From the NCBI GenBank assembly GCA_965226585.1, contig OZ245366.1, positions 1,344,001 to 1,408,000 on the forward strand: a DNA stretch of 64,000 bases, in the 5' to 3' direction. Origin of the DNA: Thermodesulfobacteriota bacterium. Its GTDB lineage: Bacteria > Desulfobacterota_D > UBA1144 > Nemesobacterales > Mycalebacteriaceae. The notes below the pieces were generated by a model. It was not told the origin of the DNA. It searched no databases and was given only the letters and a program-made list of their open reading frames with translations. The translations under genes and the position numbers were made by a program. Shown here piece by piece: positions 10,078 to 21,800 of this stretch. Within the stretch, counting starts at the first letter, position 1, and each line of letters opens with the position of its first letter.

Positions 10078-10084
10078 AGGGCAC

Positions 10085-13000
10085 CTAAAACGCCAATCCA
10101 AATCTTGCGCTGAACCTTTGTGTCAATGTATCAAGCCCCGCGCCAACACCTCCGCCATACTCAACCCGCAAACTGACACCGCTTCCGGGCGTAACCTCAA
10201 GCCCCGCGCCGTATTTAACCATCACCCGCTCAAAATTGCCGTCAGCAAAAACAGGGTCGGGGTCTGCGGGGGTGCTTTCGGGGGAACCGCCGCTCCACTT
10301 TGTTTCAGGGTCTGTAATGTGCGCTTCCGCTCCCAAACTCATCCAAATATTTACCGAATCCCCCGCCGGAGCATACGCCTTTACGGACGGGCTTATGACT
10401 AAATATGTCTCCCCCGCCTTGTCAACCGAAATGGCGGAATCTCCCGCGCTTTTCTCACCGAAACTGTCAGCAGACACCCGTGTAACCGCCGCTTCAACTC
10501 TGGGGACAACCATAAACACGCCGCCGGGAACAATCGGCATTTCCGCCCCCACAGCCGCAGACCATGTTGATATGTCGGTTTTCGCGTTGTAGAAAGCGGA
10601 CGACCTTACCGCAGTTGACTCCCATACCGCTTTGGCAAACTGCGTTCTCGCGTCCGTAATAATTCCGTCCCAAATCTCACCCGCCACCGCGATACCCGCC
10701 ATAAACCGCTCGGCAACGGCGTTTGTGTCCGCCCCGATTTCAAAATCCGATGTCTCATATCCCGCCGCTATTGAAATGGCGGACTTTCCGGAGGGTATTG
10801 TGAAACCGCCTGAAAATACATAAGCGTCTTCGCCGTATTTGGCGTTGTCTGCGTTTTGGCGTGTGTATCTGCCGTCTGTGTCCGCCCACACACAGCCGCC
10901 GCTCAAGTCCTGAGTTTCCGCCCCGCCGCCGCCGTAGCAACCGCCGCGCAGTTTTTCAGAGAAGGCATTGTCCGCATAATAGGCGGATTGCAGTATCGCG
11001 TCATAGTTTCGCAGGTAATCCATGTGTTCCCGTGTTACAAGGGTGATGAATATATTGCCGTCCGCAGACATCCGGGCGTTTTCGCCTTCGCCGAGCCCTT
11101 CTCTTATCATGCCGAGAATGGCTTGCCTTTCCGCTTCGCCATCGGGAATGGCGTTTTCGCTGAACATGGCGAATTCGGCGGAATGTCTTGCGGGGTTGTC
11201 AAACTCTATGCTTATGCCTTTTATGTCTTCCGCCGTTATCTCGCCTTCAAGGTTGATGAGGGGTTTGTCGTTCATTTCCCCGGGGCTTGCGGAGACAACA
11301 AGGGTTGAGTTTTCGCCGAAAGTTATTGTGTCCAGTCCGTTAAAGCCGCCCGCGCTTGTGATGGTTATTGTGCCGTTGTTTATAAAGTGGTCTGTGCCGG
11401 AGCCGAAGTCTATACCCGTGGTTGGCGCGGGTGGAGGCGAGGCGGAAAGGCGGAAACGGCTGTCGCCGCTTGCTGACGGGGTAATACTGGATTCCGTGTC
11501 AGGCACGGAATGACGGGAGGGGGAGGATGCGGATGCGATACGCATGGAGCCGCCGCCGTCTCCCTCTGTTGATACCGTGCCTCCAAGTATTTGCGAGCTG
11601 TCATAGGTTACGCTCGCGCCGTCTTTGTTGACGAAAGTGTCATCACCGGCTCCCATGTCAAAATCTCCGGTGAGGGTGAAGGTTCCTTTGTTTTCAACTC
11701 TGTCATCGCCGCCGCCGGTTGTGCCGCTTCCGGTGAATGTGCCGTTGTTGTAGAAAACATCGCGGGTTTCTGAAAGCGAAATTTTCCCCACGATACTGCC
11801 GCCGGTGGATCTGGTTGTTATCTTTGTGCTGGCGGTCGCCCCGTCTGCCGTCTCAAAACGCACGGCGTACACATCCGCGCCGCCCTCGGTGCAGGTTGCT
11901 CCCGCAAATACGCCGCCGCACACGGTCGCGTCTCTGGCAACGGTTAGAGCCATTGAGCCGTTGATGTTTTTGAAAGACACCGCCGAACTGTTTGAGCCGT
12001 TCACCCACGCCTTTGAGCCGGCCGAGGCTAACTCAAAATCCACATATCCGTCCACATCCGCTTTCACCGCCGTGCTGTTCGCCTCCTCAGCCCAGAAAGT
12101 TGATACGCCGTTTGATATAAAGATTATGTTTGTCCCCTCAATCGCGGAAAACGCCGCGCTGTTCACGCCCTTTGTGAAAATCTCAGAAACAGCCGGGACC
12201 CCGTCCGCTTGAGTGAGGGAAATCAGAGTCGTGCTGTTCACGCCGCCAGTTACAAGCGGAACCTCATCTGTTTGGGAGTAGGAAATCAGAATCGCGCTGT
12301 TCACGCCGTTAATCCCAATCGCCGTGCTGTCCGCCCCTTCCGTCCACACCTTCGCGCCACTTACAGCCGCCGTCAGTGTCAACCCCGAAACCGAAATCGC
12401 CGTGCTGTTCGCGCCGTTCGTGAAAACGGACGAACCCATATACATAGCCCCTTCACCGCCGATGGACATACGCACCGCCGTGCTGTTTGCCCCTTCCGTG
12501 TAAATGCTTGAGTTTTGACTGAGAGTCGCGCTTACAAAACTGCCGAATTCCGAAGATGAGACCGAAACTGCCGTGCTGTCCGCGCCGTTTGTGAAAACCG
12601 TTCCGCCGTACCAAATGTCCACTCTTGCCGTTCCGCTATCCGTTTCCGCCAGAATCGCCGCCCCGTTATCCCCGTCTGTCCACACAGTCGCGTAGTCCGG
12701 GAAAAACCGCCAAAAAAGCCCCTGCCCGTCTATGGGGAAGTTTATTACAACTTGCGCGTTTCCTTCACCAGACCGCGCCTTTGCCGCCGAACTGTCCGCG
12801 CCGTTTGCCCATACTTCGGCGGTAACGGTGTAACCGAGAATATTGATGAACGCGTTTTCGTCCCCCGCCACATCAATAGTCGCGGTGTTATCGCCTTCCG
12901 ACCACACTGTTGCGAATGTGCTGACAATCGCATTGGCATCTCCCGCGTCCGCCCTTGCGTGGATAACGGGGGAGTTGGGCGCGTTTGTCCACACCTGCCC

Positions 13001-15829
13001 CACAGAACCGCTGAGCGTTATGTTTCCCCGCGCGCTTTTTGCCCTTATTGCGGGGCTGTTATCGCCGTCCGTCCAAATGCTGATTCCAAAGGATATTTCT
13101 ATGTCTCCCGATACGCTGTTTGCCGTTATTATCGGGCTGTCCGCTCCGTTTGCAGATGCGATTGCGGCGTTTATGAATATGTCTCCGCTTCCGCTGTTTG
13201 CCACTATCGCGGAGGTGCCCGCGCCATTTGCCCGGACTTCGCCGCTGCTAATGAGGTCGCCAAATCTGCTTGTTTCAGCAAGAATGTCCAGAACAGTTTT
13301 GCCGCTTCCGCCTTCCAGAGAGATGGCTCTGCCGCCGGGTGTGTCCGCCCGGACGATGGCGTTATCAATCTGAACGGTTATGCCGCCGCTTTGCGATCTT
13401 GCCTCAATCGCTGAACTTCCCGCGCCGTTTGCCCACACACTCGCGCCGTCATTGATATAGACCGTTGTTCCTTTTACTGTTGAAGAGCTGTCACCTGTTG
13501 TCCAAACCTGTCCACCGCCGGAAATATTCAAAGTTGCCGTAACTATCGCGCTGCTTGTCGCCCCGTTGCTCCACACTTTCGCGCCATTGACTGTTACGGA
13601 GGTTGTTGCCGTAACTGTGTTGCTTGTGTCGCCGCTAGACCACACATTCGCGCCGTTCCAGATATTGACAACCGGAGCCACTACGGTGTCGCTTGTGCCG
13701 CCTTCCGTCCAGACTTGAGTGTTTGTACTGTTGACTTCTGCTCTTATTCTCGCAGTAACCACCTGACTTCCCGCTCCGTTTGCCCAAACTTTCACGCCGT
13801 CATTGATATATGCCAGTGCTCCGTCTTTTACTGTTTGAACGCCGCCAACTGTTGTCCAAACCTCTCCGTCGCCATCCGCTGATGTGATGTTGGCAATTAT
13901 TCTGCTTCTCGCCGCAACCGCCGAACTGCCCGCGCCTTCCGCCCAAACCTTTCCACCGCCGGAAATATTCAAAGTTTCCATAACTATTGCGTTGCTTGTA
14001 GCGCCGTTGCTCCAGACATTCGCGCCATTGACTGTTACGAAGGTTATTGCCCTAATCGCGTTGCTTGTGTCGCCGTTAGCCCAAACATTCGCGCCGTTCC
14101 AAATATTGGCAATCTGACCACCATCTATGGTGGTTCCTGTGTCGCCTTCCGTCCAGACCTGAGTGCCTGTGCCGTTGACTGTTGCTGCTACAGCCGGTAC
14201 TCCTGGCATCGTTATCACCGCAACCGCCAAACTTCCCGCGCCGTTTGCCCACACTTTCACGCCGTCATTAATAAGTACCTCTGTTCCTTCTACTGTGTGA
14301 ACTCCGGTGAGCGTTGTCCAAACCTGTCCCGTTGCGTCATCCGCCACTATGTTGACCGTTCCCGAAACTCCCGCAGAAAGCGCCTGACTTCTCGCGCCGT
14401 TTGCCCAAACTTTTCCACCGCCGGAAACATTCAAAGTTTCCGTAACTATAGAGTTGCTTGTGTCGCCTTCCGTCCACACTTCAGAGCCGTTGACCACAAC
14501 AGTTGTTGCTGAAATGGCGTTGGCTGTCGCTCCGGTAGCACGCACTTTTGAGGCGTTCCACACATTCACCGCGCCAGTTGTTGCTGAGATTGTGGCGGCT
14601 CCCGTTTTGTTCGTCCACACATCCGCGCCGCTGACATCAACATCACCGGTCGCCAAAATCGCGAAATCCGAATCATTGCCGCCAATATCTGCGCCCACAA
14701 CATTCACCGTTGACGCATTAATTGCCGCAAATCCGCCTTCCGTCCAGACGGAAAGACCGTTATCTTCTCCCGCCACTACTGACAGGATTCCCGTGGTTGA
14801 CGCTTCAATGGCAATACTTCCGGCTTCATCCGCCCACAAAACTGAACCGCCGTTTCCGCCTATGTTTATGTCTCCGCCGCTTGTGGATGTTGCTATAATG
14901 CCGTTTCCACCTTCACGGGTCTCGCCCTTTCCGCCTCTCCCATAGACGACTCCGTTTGCGAGAGCGAGGTCAATATTTCCGCTAACCGTGTTGGCTATGA
15001 TGCCGTCTTTACCGACTATACAGGAGACGGCGTTCGCAACTGTTATGTCTATGCCTGCCGAACCTCCCGTTTCTGCCGCCAAACCGTAAGAGGCTCCCAC
15101 GGATGAGGCGATTATTGCCGCGCTGTCTGTAATTTCAACTGTTATGGCGCCGCTTGTGGATGTGAGTGTCGCGCCTCTTGTGTCTGAAAGTTCGTCCCGC
15201 TTTGCCCTATAGGTAATCATGTGAATGAACGTATTTTCGCCTGCAAGCGTAAGGTCAATGCTTCCGCTTGTTGTGTTTGCTATAAGGCCGTTCGTGCCGT
15301 TTTGATCTGAAAGGAGTAATCCGCCAGTGGATAAGTTCACGTTCACGCTTCCGCTTGCGGATGTTGCTATAATGCCGTTTCCGCCGGTTCCCCCGATTTT
15401 AACTCTTGAGATGTTGTGAATGTCTATATCCACATCGCCCGTTCCGGCTGTGATGGTAACAACGTTTCCATCGCTTCCGCTTTTGGTGGTGTACGACTCA
15501 TCATCGGTTCGGAAGGTAGCGTCAGTCGCGCCGCCGATAACTACTGTGTCTCCGCCTGTTTGGGTTGTTGTAACATTTGCACCGTAAGAGGTAAGGGTGG
15601 CAGACCCTGCGGTGGAGTTGACTGTAACAACGGGGTTGTTCGTAACCACGGAAGGCACACCTGCTGAGATGTTAAGCGCGGCGTCTTCTGTTGCGGAGGT
15701 ACAATCAATTGCGGTTGCGGTTGCCGGGTTCACATCGCCGCAACTCGTTTGCGCATGGGAGTCTTGCGGCGCAAAAGCAAATAGAATTGCGAACAAAAAG
15801 ATGAGGGTTAGTTTTCTATTATTGGGCAT
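10085..15829 (-). CDS. AT3: autotransporter-like adhesin, 1914 aa
   Basis: Signal peptide (MPNNRKLTLIFLFAILFAFAPQDSHA), VW beta-helix repeats, DMGAGDD repeats, and a C-terminal barrel ending RFGLAF. Starts 12 bp after the AT4 stop. Confidence 0.9.
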   Translation of the reverse strand: MPNNRKLTLIFLFAILFAFAPQDSHAQTSCGDVNPATATAIDCTSATEDAALNISAGVPSVVTNNPVVTVNSTAGSATLTSYGANVTTTQTGGDTVVIGGATDATFRTDDESYTTKSGSDGNVVTITAGTGDVDIDIHNISRVKIGGTGGNGIIATSASGSVNVNLSTGGLLLSDQNGTNGLIANTTSGSIDLTLAGENTFIHMITYRAKRDELSDTRGATLTSTSGAITVEITDSAAIIASSVGASYGLAAETGGSAGIDITVANAVSCIVGKDGIIANTVSGNIDLALANGVVYGRGGKGETREGGNGIIATSTSGGDINIGGNGGSVLWADEAGSIAIEASTTGILSVVAGEDNGLSVWTEGGFAAINASTVNVVGADIGGNDSDFAILATGDVDVSGADVWTNKTGAATISATTGAVNVWNASKVRATGATANAISATTVVVNGSEVWTEGDTSNSIVTETLNVSGGGKVWANGARSQALSAGVSGTVNIVADDATGQVWTTLTGVHTVEGTEVLINDGVKVWANGAGSLAVAVITMPGVPAVAATVNGTGTQVWTEGDTGTTIDGGQIANIWNGANVWANGDTSNAIRAITFVTVNGANVWSNGATSNAIVMETLNISGGGKVWAEGAGSSAVAARSRIIANITSADGDGEVWTTVGGVQTVKDGALAYINDGVKVWANGAGSQVVTARIRAEVNSTNTQVWTEGGTSDTVVAPVVNIWNGANVWSSGDTSNTVTATTSVTVNGAKVWSNGATSSAIVTATLNISGGGQVWTTGDSSSTVKGTTVYINDGASVWANGAGSSAIEARSQSGGITVQIDNAIVRADTPGGRAISLEGGSGKTVLDILAETSRFGDLISSGEVRANGAGTSAIVANSGSGDIFINAAIASANGADSPIITANSVSGDIEISFGISIWTDGDNSPAIRAKSARGNITLSGSVGQVWTNAPNSPVIHARADAGDANAIVSTFATVWSEGDNTATIDVAGDENAFINILGYTVTAEVWANGADSSAAKARSGEGNAQVVINFPIDGQGLFWRFFPDYATVWTDGDNGAAILAETDSGTARVDIWYGGTVFTNGADSTAVSVSSSEFGSFVSATLSQNSSIYTEGANSTAVRMSIGGEGAMYMGSSVFTNGANSTAISVSGLTLTAAVSGAKVWTEGADSTAIGINGVNSAILISYSQTDEVPLVTGGVNSTTLISLTQADGVPAVSEIFTKGVNSAAFSAIEGTNIIFISNGVSTFWAEEANSTAVKADVDGYVDFELASAGSKAWVNGSNSSAVSFKNINGSMALTVARDATVCGGVFAGATCTEGGADVYAVRFETADGATASTKITTRSTGGSIVGKISLSETRDVFYNNGTFTGSGTTGGGDDRVENKGTFTLTGDFDMGAGDDTFVNKDGASVTYDSSQILGGTVSTEGDGGGSMRIASASSPSRHSVPDTESSITPSASGDSRFRLSASPPPAPTTGIDFGSGTDHFINNGTITITSAGGFNGLDTITFGENSTLVVSASPGEMNDKPLINLEGEITAEDIKGISIEFDNPARHSAEFAMFSENAIPDGEAERQAILGMIREGLGEGENARMSADGNIFITLVTREHMDYLRNYDAILQSAYYADNAFSEKLRGGCYGGGGAETQDLSGGCVWADTDGRYTRQNADNAKYGEDAYVFSGGFTIPSGKSAISIAAGYETSDFEIGADTNAVAERFMAGIAVAGEIWDGIITDARTQFAKAVWESTAVRSSAFYNAKTDISTWSAAVGAEMPIVPGGVFMVVPRVEAAVTRVSADSFGEKSAGDSAISVDKAGETYLVISPSVKAYAPAGDSVNIWMSLGAEAHITDPETKWSGGSPESTPADPDPVFADGNFERVMVKYGAGLEVTPGSGVSLRVEYGGGVGAGLDTLTQRFSARFGLAF
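11483..11517. repeat. In-frame half unit (CACGG-type hairpin only) inside AT3
   Basis: AATACTGGATTCCGTGTCAGGCACGGAATGACGGG, encoding PSRHSVPDTESSI. Confidence 0.9.
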
Positions 15830-15841
15830 AACTTGGAGTTG

Positions 15842-18800
15842 TTAGAACGCCACGTTAAGCCTGCCGGTTACGGCGTGGGTAACTGTGTCAAATCCCGCGC
15901 TCGCGCCGCCATCGTAGTTCAGGGTGAAGGTTACGCTCTCAGTAGGTGTTATCTCCGCGCCGGCTCCTACTTTTATGTTTATCCGCTCAAGTGTGCCGGT
16001 TGTGTTCACAGGCTCGTCATCACCTATTGTCGCCTTAATGTCTGACTCAGGGTTGAGTATGTGCGCGTCAACTCCAAGAGTCGCGCTCAAAGTCAATGTG
16101 TCGTTAGAGGAGTAAAGCGCGCTGACTGACGGAGTCGCGTATATGAGAATGTCGTCAAACTGATTTACGGTTAGTTTGTTGTCCTCTTCACCAGTGTTTG
16201 TTGTGTCAGTACCTTGACCAAGGAAGCTTTCCACAAACTGTTCCGTCTCAATGTATGTTATGCCCGTCTCAATCCTCGGTATGACCGTGAACTCACCGTA
16301 ATCAAACGACATCTCCGCTCCGGCGGCTCCGCCGTAGGTTCTCGCGTCTGTTTTCGCGCCAAATCTGCCGTCAAACCTGCTGTCGTCGTTGGGGTCAGTA
16401 GGGGTGGTGTTGACATCAATCGTCTTCATATCCGTTCTTGAAGAAGACCAGTCGCCCTGAGCGAACTCAAACCGTCCGTCTATCTGAACCTTTTCAAATA
16501 TCGTTTTGGAAGCGAACAGTCCGAACATGAACCTTTCAAAGTCCGCATCCGCAACTCCGCCGCTGTTTTCTTCAGTTACGTCAAACGATGACGCCTCGTA
16601 TCCAAATCCGAGAGATGTCGCTATACCCGCAAACGGCATTGAAACACCGCCAACAAATGAGTAGGCAGTCTCGTCAAACTCAAAGTCCGGCGAGTGGCGG
16701 GTGAACCTTCCGCCGGAAAGCGCCCATACGCATCCGCCGCTCACAACTCCCTCTCCGTCAACAGACGCTCCGCCGCCGCATCCTTTACGCAGATGAGAAC
16801 CAAAGTATCTGTCTGAGTAGTACGCAGACTGAATAAGGGCGTCATATACCTGCAAGTTCAATTCGTTATTCGCGGCAAGTGTGACAAACCCATTTTCATC
16901 CGCTCCCAACCGCTCATAAATCTCAGCCGGATTCTCAGGCAGGTCTTCAGAGGCGAAAATCACGTATTCGCCGTGATTCAGCCCGGCTCCGAGTCTGATG
17001 TTAAAGTCTTCGGGAAGGTCCTCGGCGGTTATTGTGCCTTCAATGTCTATAAGCGGTTTGTCCGCCATCTCGCCGGAACTCGCCGAGACAACAAGAGTCG
17101 CGCCTTCGCCGAACTTTATACTCTCAAGCCCGGTAAATCCGTCCGCGCCCTCAATCACTGTTGTGCCGTTGCTTATGAAGCGGTCATTACCGCCTTCGCC
17201 AAAGTCTATGCTCGCGTGTGTGTCCTCAGAAGCGGGGTCTATTGCAGAAAGACTGAAACGCGCCCCGCCGCCTGATGCCGGTGAAGATTGCGCCCCGGAT
17301 GAAAGACGGAAACGTCCGGTTCCGCCGGCAGACGGAGTGGTTTCCGCATTCTCAAACATGAAAGAACCCACAGTAAGCGTTGAACCCGTTTCAGTCGTAA
17401 CGGTGTCTCCATCGCCCGCGCCGAGGTCAAGGTTGCCCGTAAGCGTGAATGTGGAACCGCTCTTAATGGTAATCGTGTCGTTACCGCCTCCGGTGTCTCC
17501 CGAACCCGTGAAATCTCCCTCGTTGATGAAGGTATCCGCGCCACCGGCAAGTTGTATTCTGCCGGTTATGTTGCCGTCTGAGTGGGTTGTTATTCCTATC
17601 CCCGCAGTGCTTCCGGAATCAATTGAAAAGTGAACCGCATTCACAGCCGCCGTCTCCGTGCAGGTTGTGCCTGAAAGCACACCGCCGCAAACTATCGCGC
17701 CATTTCCAACTTGAAGTTGCTGATCAAGCGCTGCCGCGACTATCTTTACCGTGTTTCCGCCCGAACTGTTTGACCACACTCTCGCATCTTCAAGAACAAG
17801 ACCCGAAAGCCATGTGTGGATGGCTGAAGATGAAAGCCCCTCAGCCCATACTTGCGCCGTTTCTCCGTCCGGTGCGGAGAACTTAACTTCCGTTGGGGCG
17901 CCCACATCTACCGTCGGGAATCCGGAGAAATGCTGTATCCTGTTGGAAGAGTCATGGGAAGAAGAGCGAGGGACAGAAGAGGAAGCCGCGGCAACCCTTC
18001 TTACGCTTATGGTGGCGGTGTCTGAGCCGTTTGACCATATCTGCGCTCCGGTTTCAAGCGAAACCTCTCCGCTTACCGTCTCTATCCTGATAGCGCCGGA
18101 ATCAACCCCTTCAGACCAAACCTGTCTTGGGTCAAAGTAAGTGCCCACTGCCGCCGGGTCGGCTGAAGAATGCGCGAAGTCAAAGGCAACCGCGTTTTCT
18201 CCGGTTGTCCAAACCCTGTCTATCTCTGTTATCCCTATGTTGGATTTGCCTGAAATCGTAAAGTCTCTAATTTTTACTGTCGCGTCTGATGTTTCAACAC
18301 TTGCTGAGAACAGAGGTCCAGTTACGGAATCTCCCGACCTGAACGATGAGTTGGTTGATGTAACGGTTATGTCGTCATCTGAACCTGCTATTTTGAGTAT
18401 CTCGCCGTCTTGAGAATTGATGCCGACCACCGAGTTGTGAACCGCAAGTTCCACGCCGTAGCCCGCGCCCGCCGTCAAATCAAACACCACAGAGTTGTCG
18501 CCCTCCACCCAAACTTCCGTTCCGTTGTCTATGTTGATGACAATGGGACCCTCTCCCGCGTCTGCTTCAAACACAGTGGAATTGGCTCCGTTTGTCCACG
18601 CCTGTGATGCGTCAAACCGCGTAATTGCCGTTGAAAACTGAGTTTCGGTATTTTCCCCGTCAACGGTTGACAGTTTTACCGCCGAAGAGTTGGCTCCGGT
18701 TGTCCAAATTGCGGCTCCCTCTCTCACACTCAGGGTTGAAATGCCGCCGTCCATTGTTGAAACATCAGCCGCTACGGAGTTGAGTCCGCGGGCAGAAACA

Positions 18801-21800
18801 TTCGCGCCGTTCACCACTTCCGCAGAAGTTACACCGCTGTCAACAACCAGACGGGTTTCGCCCAGTTCAATGCCGAAGAGAACTGATAACGTAGTTGAGT
18901 TTTCAATTTTTAAGTTGAAGGTGCCGTTGGCTTCAAGGTCAAACAAGTCGGTTCCGTTAAACCGCGCGAGACCTGTGATAGCATCCTCTCCGAGTGTCTC
19001 GCCCGCGTGTTCCGTGAGAAGGGAGATTGCCGCCGAGTTTACTCCCATGGCTGTAACATTTGAGCCGTTGACGCTCACAAACGGGCTTCCGCCCAGTTCG
19101 GCATGAGCGAATATGCCTTTAGAGTCGGCTCCCAGGGCAATTATGTCTGTTCCGTTTGCTATTTCCGCGCTCGCGTTTCCGCCGTTGTATGTTGCCACCT
19201 CAACCGCCGTGCCTTCGCCGAGCGTTACAGTTACCGTGGAACTGTTGATGTGCAGGTTGGTAATGCCTCTGTCCGCCGCGCGCGCGTCCGTCAGGTTTGC
19301 CACCAGAGACGCATTTGTCGCCCTCTTTGTGGCGGAAGCGTAGATTGCCGTTGCTCCCGCGCTGTTTGAAAACACATTTGAGTCTCTCACCGTCATGTCG
19401 GCAACTCCGCCGCTTTCGCTGTTCACGCTGATTGCCGTGGGGGAAAAGTCATCCGCGTCTCCCGCCCATACATTTGAGTCGGTAACGTTGACAGTGGAAA
19501 CACCGTTCCAGAAGGCGATTGTGCTGATGGCGATGGGGTTATATCCACTTGCCGCAGGAGTTGGCGTGTAGAACGCCGATACATTTGAAGACACCACATC
19601 CATTCCGATTGCTCCGTCAAGCGTATACGCAGAAATTGCCGCTGAGCCGTCTCCCGCGCTGTTAGTCCACACATTTGAACTGGCTATATCAATGTCAGCG
19701 GTTGTGCCCGCTTCGTAAAATGAAATTGTTGTCGCGCCGGGTCCGTTAGTCCAAACATCCGAGCCTCTCAAATTAAGGAGTATTTCCGTGCTGTCCGCAT
19801 CCAGTTGGACAAGGGCGATTGCCTCGCTGTCTCCCAAAGTTGTTTCAGCCCACAATTCCGTGCCGTTGCTGATATCCGCCGATTGCGTTTCAACCGTTAC
19901 GCTTCCCCCAAGGGATTGCGTCCATATTTTCGCGCCGTTGGCTTGCAGGAGTGGCGAGATAACCGCTCTGCCGCCCGCGCCGTTAGCCCACACCTGCGCA
20001 TCCGCCTCAACGGTTACCAGTTGGTCGCTCACTATCGCGGCGCTTATTTCGCCTTCTGTTGTAAAAGTTAAAAGCCCGTCACTCGCAAAGTCTGCCACGG
20101 TGCCGGTTACGTCCGCTTCCGCCCACACTTGAGTGCCCGCGCCGTTGACGGTTACGACTGTTGTAGCCCTAACCGCGTTGCTTGCCGCTCCGTTTGCCCA
20201 AACTTTCGCGCCGTTCCAAATGCTGATAGCTGCAGACGCTATGGTGTCGGTTGTGTTGCCTTCCGTCCAGACCTGAGTGTCCGTGCCGTTGACTGTCGCG
20301 CTTGATCCCGCAGAAACCGCCCGGCTTTCCGCGCCGTTTGCCCAAACTTTCACGCCGTCATTGATATATGCCGCTGTTGCTTTTACTGTTCGCGCGCCGC
20401 CGAGTGTTGTCCAAATCTGTCCCGTTGCGTCATCCGCCACGATGCTGACCGTTCCGGAAGCTCCCGCAGAAACCGCCGAACTGGTGCTCGCCCCGCTTGC
20501 CCAAACCTTTCCTTCGTTTGAAACATTCAAAGTTGCCGTAACTATTGCGTTGCTTGTCGCCCCGTTGCTCCAGACACTTGCGCCATTGACAGTTACAGAG
20601 GTTGTTGCCGAAGCCGCGTTGCTTGTCGCTCCGTTTGCCCAAACCTTCGCGCTGTTCCAGATAGTAACAGTCGGAGCCGTTATGGTGTCGGTTGTGTCGC
20701 CTTCCGTCCACACTTCAGTTTCCGCGCTGTTGACTGTTACGGTTGTTGCCGAAGCCGCCCGGCTTCCCGTGCCATTTGCCCAAACTTTCACGCCGTCATT
20801 AATATATGCCGTTGTCGCTTTTACTGTTGAAACGCCGCCAACTGTTGTCCAAACTTCTCCGCCGCCATCCACTGATATGATGTTGACCGTTGTTCCGTCT
20901 TTCGCCGCAACCGCCGAACTGTCCACTCCGTTTGCCCAAACCCTTCCGCCGCCCGAAACATTTACCGTTGCGGCAACTATCGTGTTGGCGTCAGATCCCT
21001 GCGTTGTCCAAACCTCAGAGTTGTCAACCAAAACGGTTGTCCCTTCAACCGCGTTGCTTGTTGAGCCGTTTGCCCAAACCTTCGCCCTGTTCCAGATGTT
21101 CACAGTTGGAGCCTTGATGGTGTCGGTTGTGTCGCCTTCCGTCCACACTTCAGTGCGAAAGCTGTTGACTGTTGCTATTGTTGTAGCCGAAACCGCCTGA
21201 CTTCCCGTGCCGTTTGCCCAAACTTTCACACCGTCATTAATATATGCCGTTGTCGCTTTTACTGTTTGAACGCCGCCAACCGTTGTCCAAACCTTTCCCG
21301 TTGCGTCATCCGCCACTATGTTGACCGTTCCCGAAACTCCCGCAGAAACCGCAGAACTGCCCGTGCCTTCCGCCCAAACCTTTCCTTCATTTGAAACATT
21401 CAAAGTTGCCGTAACTACCGTGTTGCTTGTCGCCCCGTTGCTCCACACTTTCGCGTTATTGACTGTTACGGAGGTTGTTGCCGTAACTGTGTTGCTTGTT
21501 ACGCCGTTTGCCCAAACATCTGCTTCGTTCCAAATGTTCACAGTTGGCGCAACGATGGTGTCGGTTGTGTTGCCTTCCGTCCAGACTTGGGTGTTTGTGC
21601 TATTGACTGTTGCTGTTGTTGTAGCCGAAACCGCCTGACTTCCCGCGCCGTTTGCCCACACTTTCACGCCGTCATTAATATATGCCGTTGCTCCTTTTAC
21701 TGTCTGAACGCCGCCAACTGTTGTCCAAACCTGTCCGTCTCCATCTGTTGATACGATGTTGACCGTTCCCGTTCTCGCCGCAACCGCCGAACTTGTCGTG

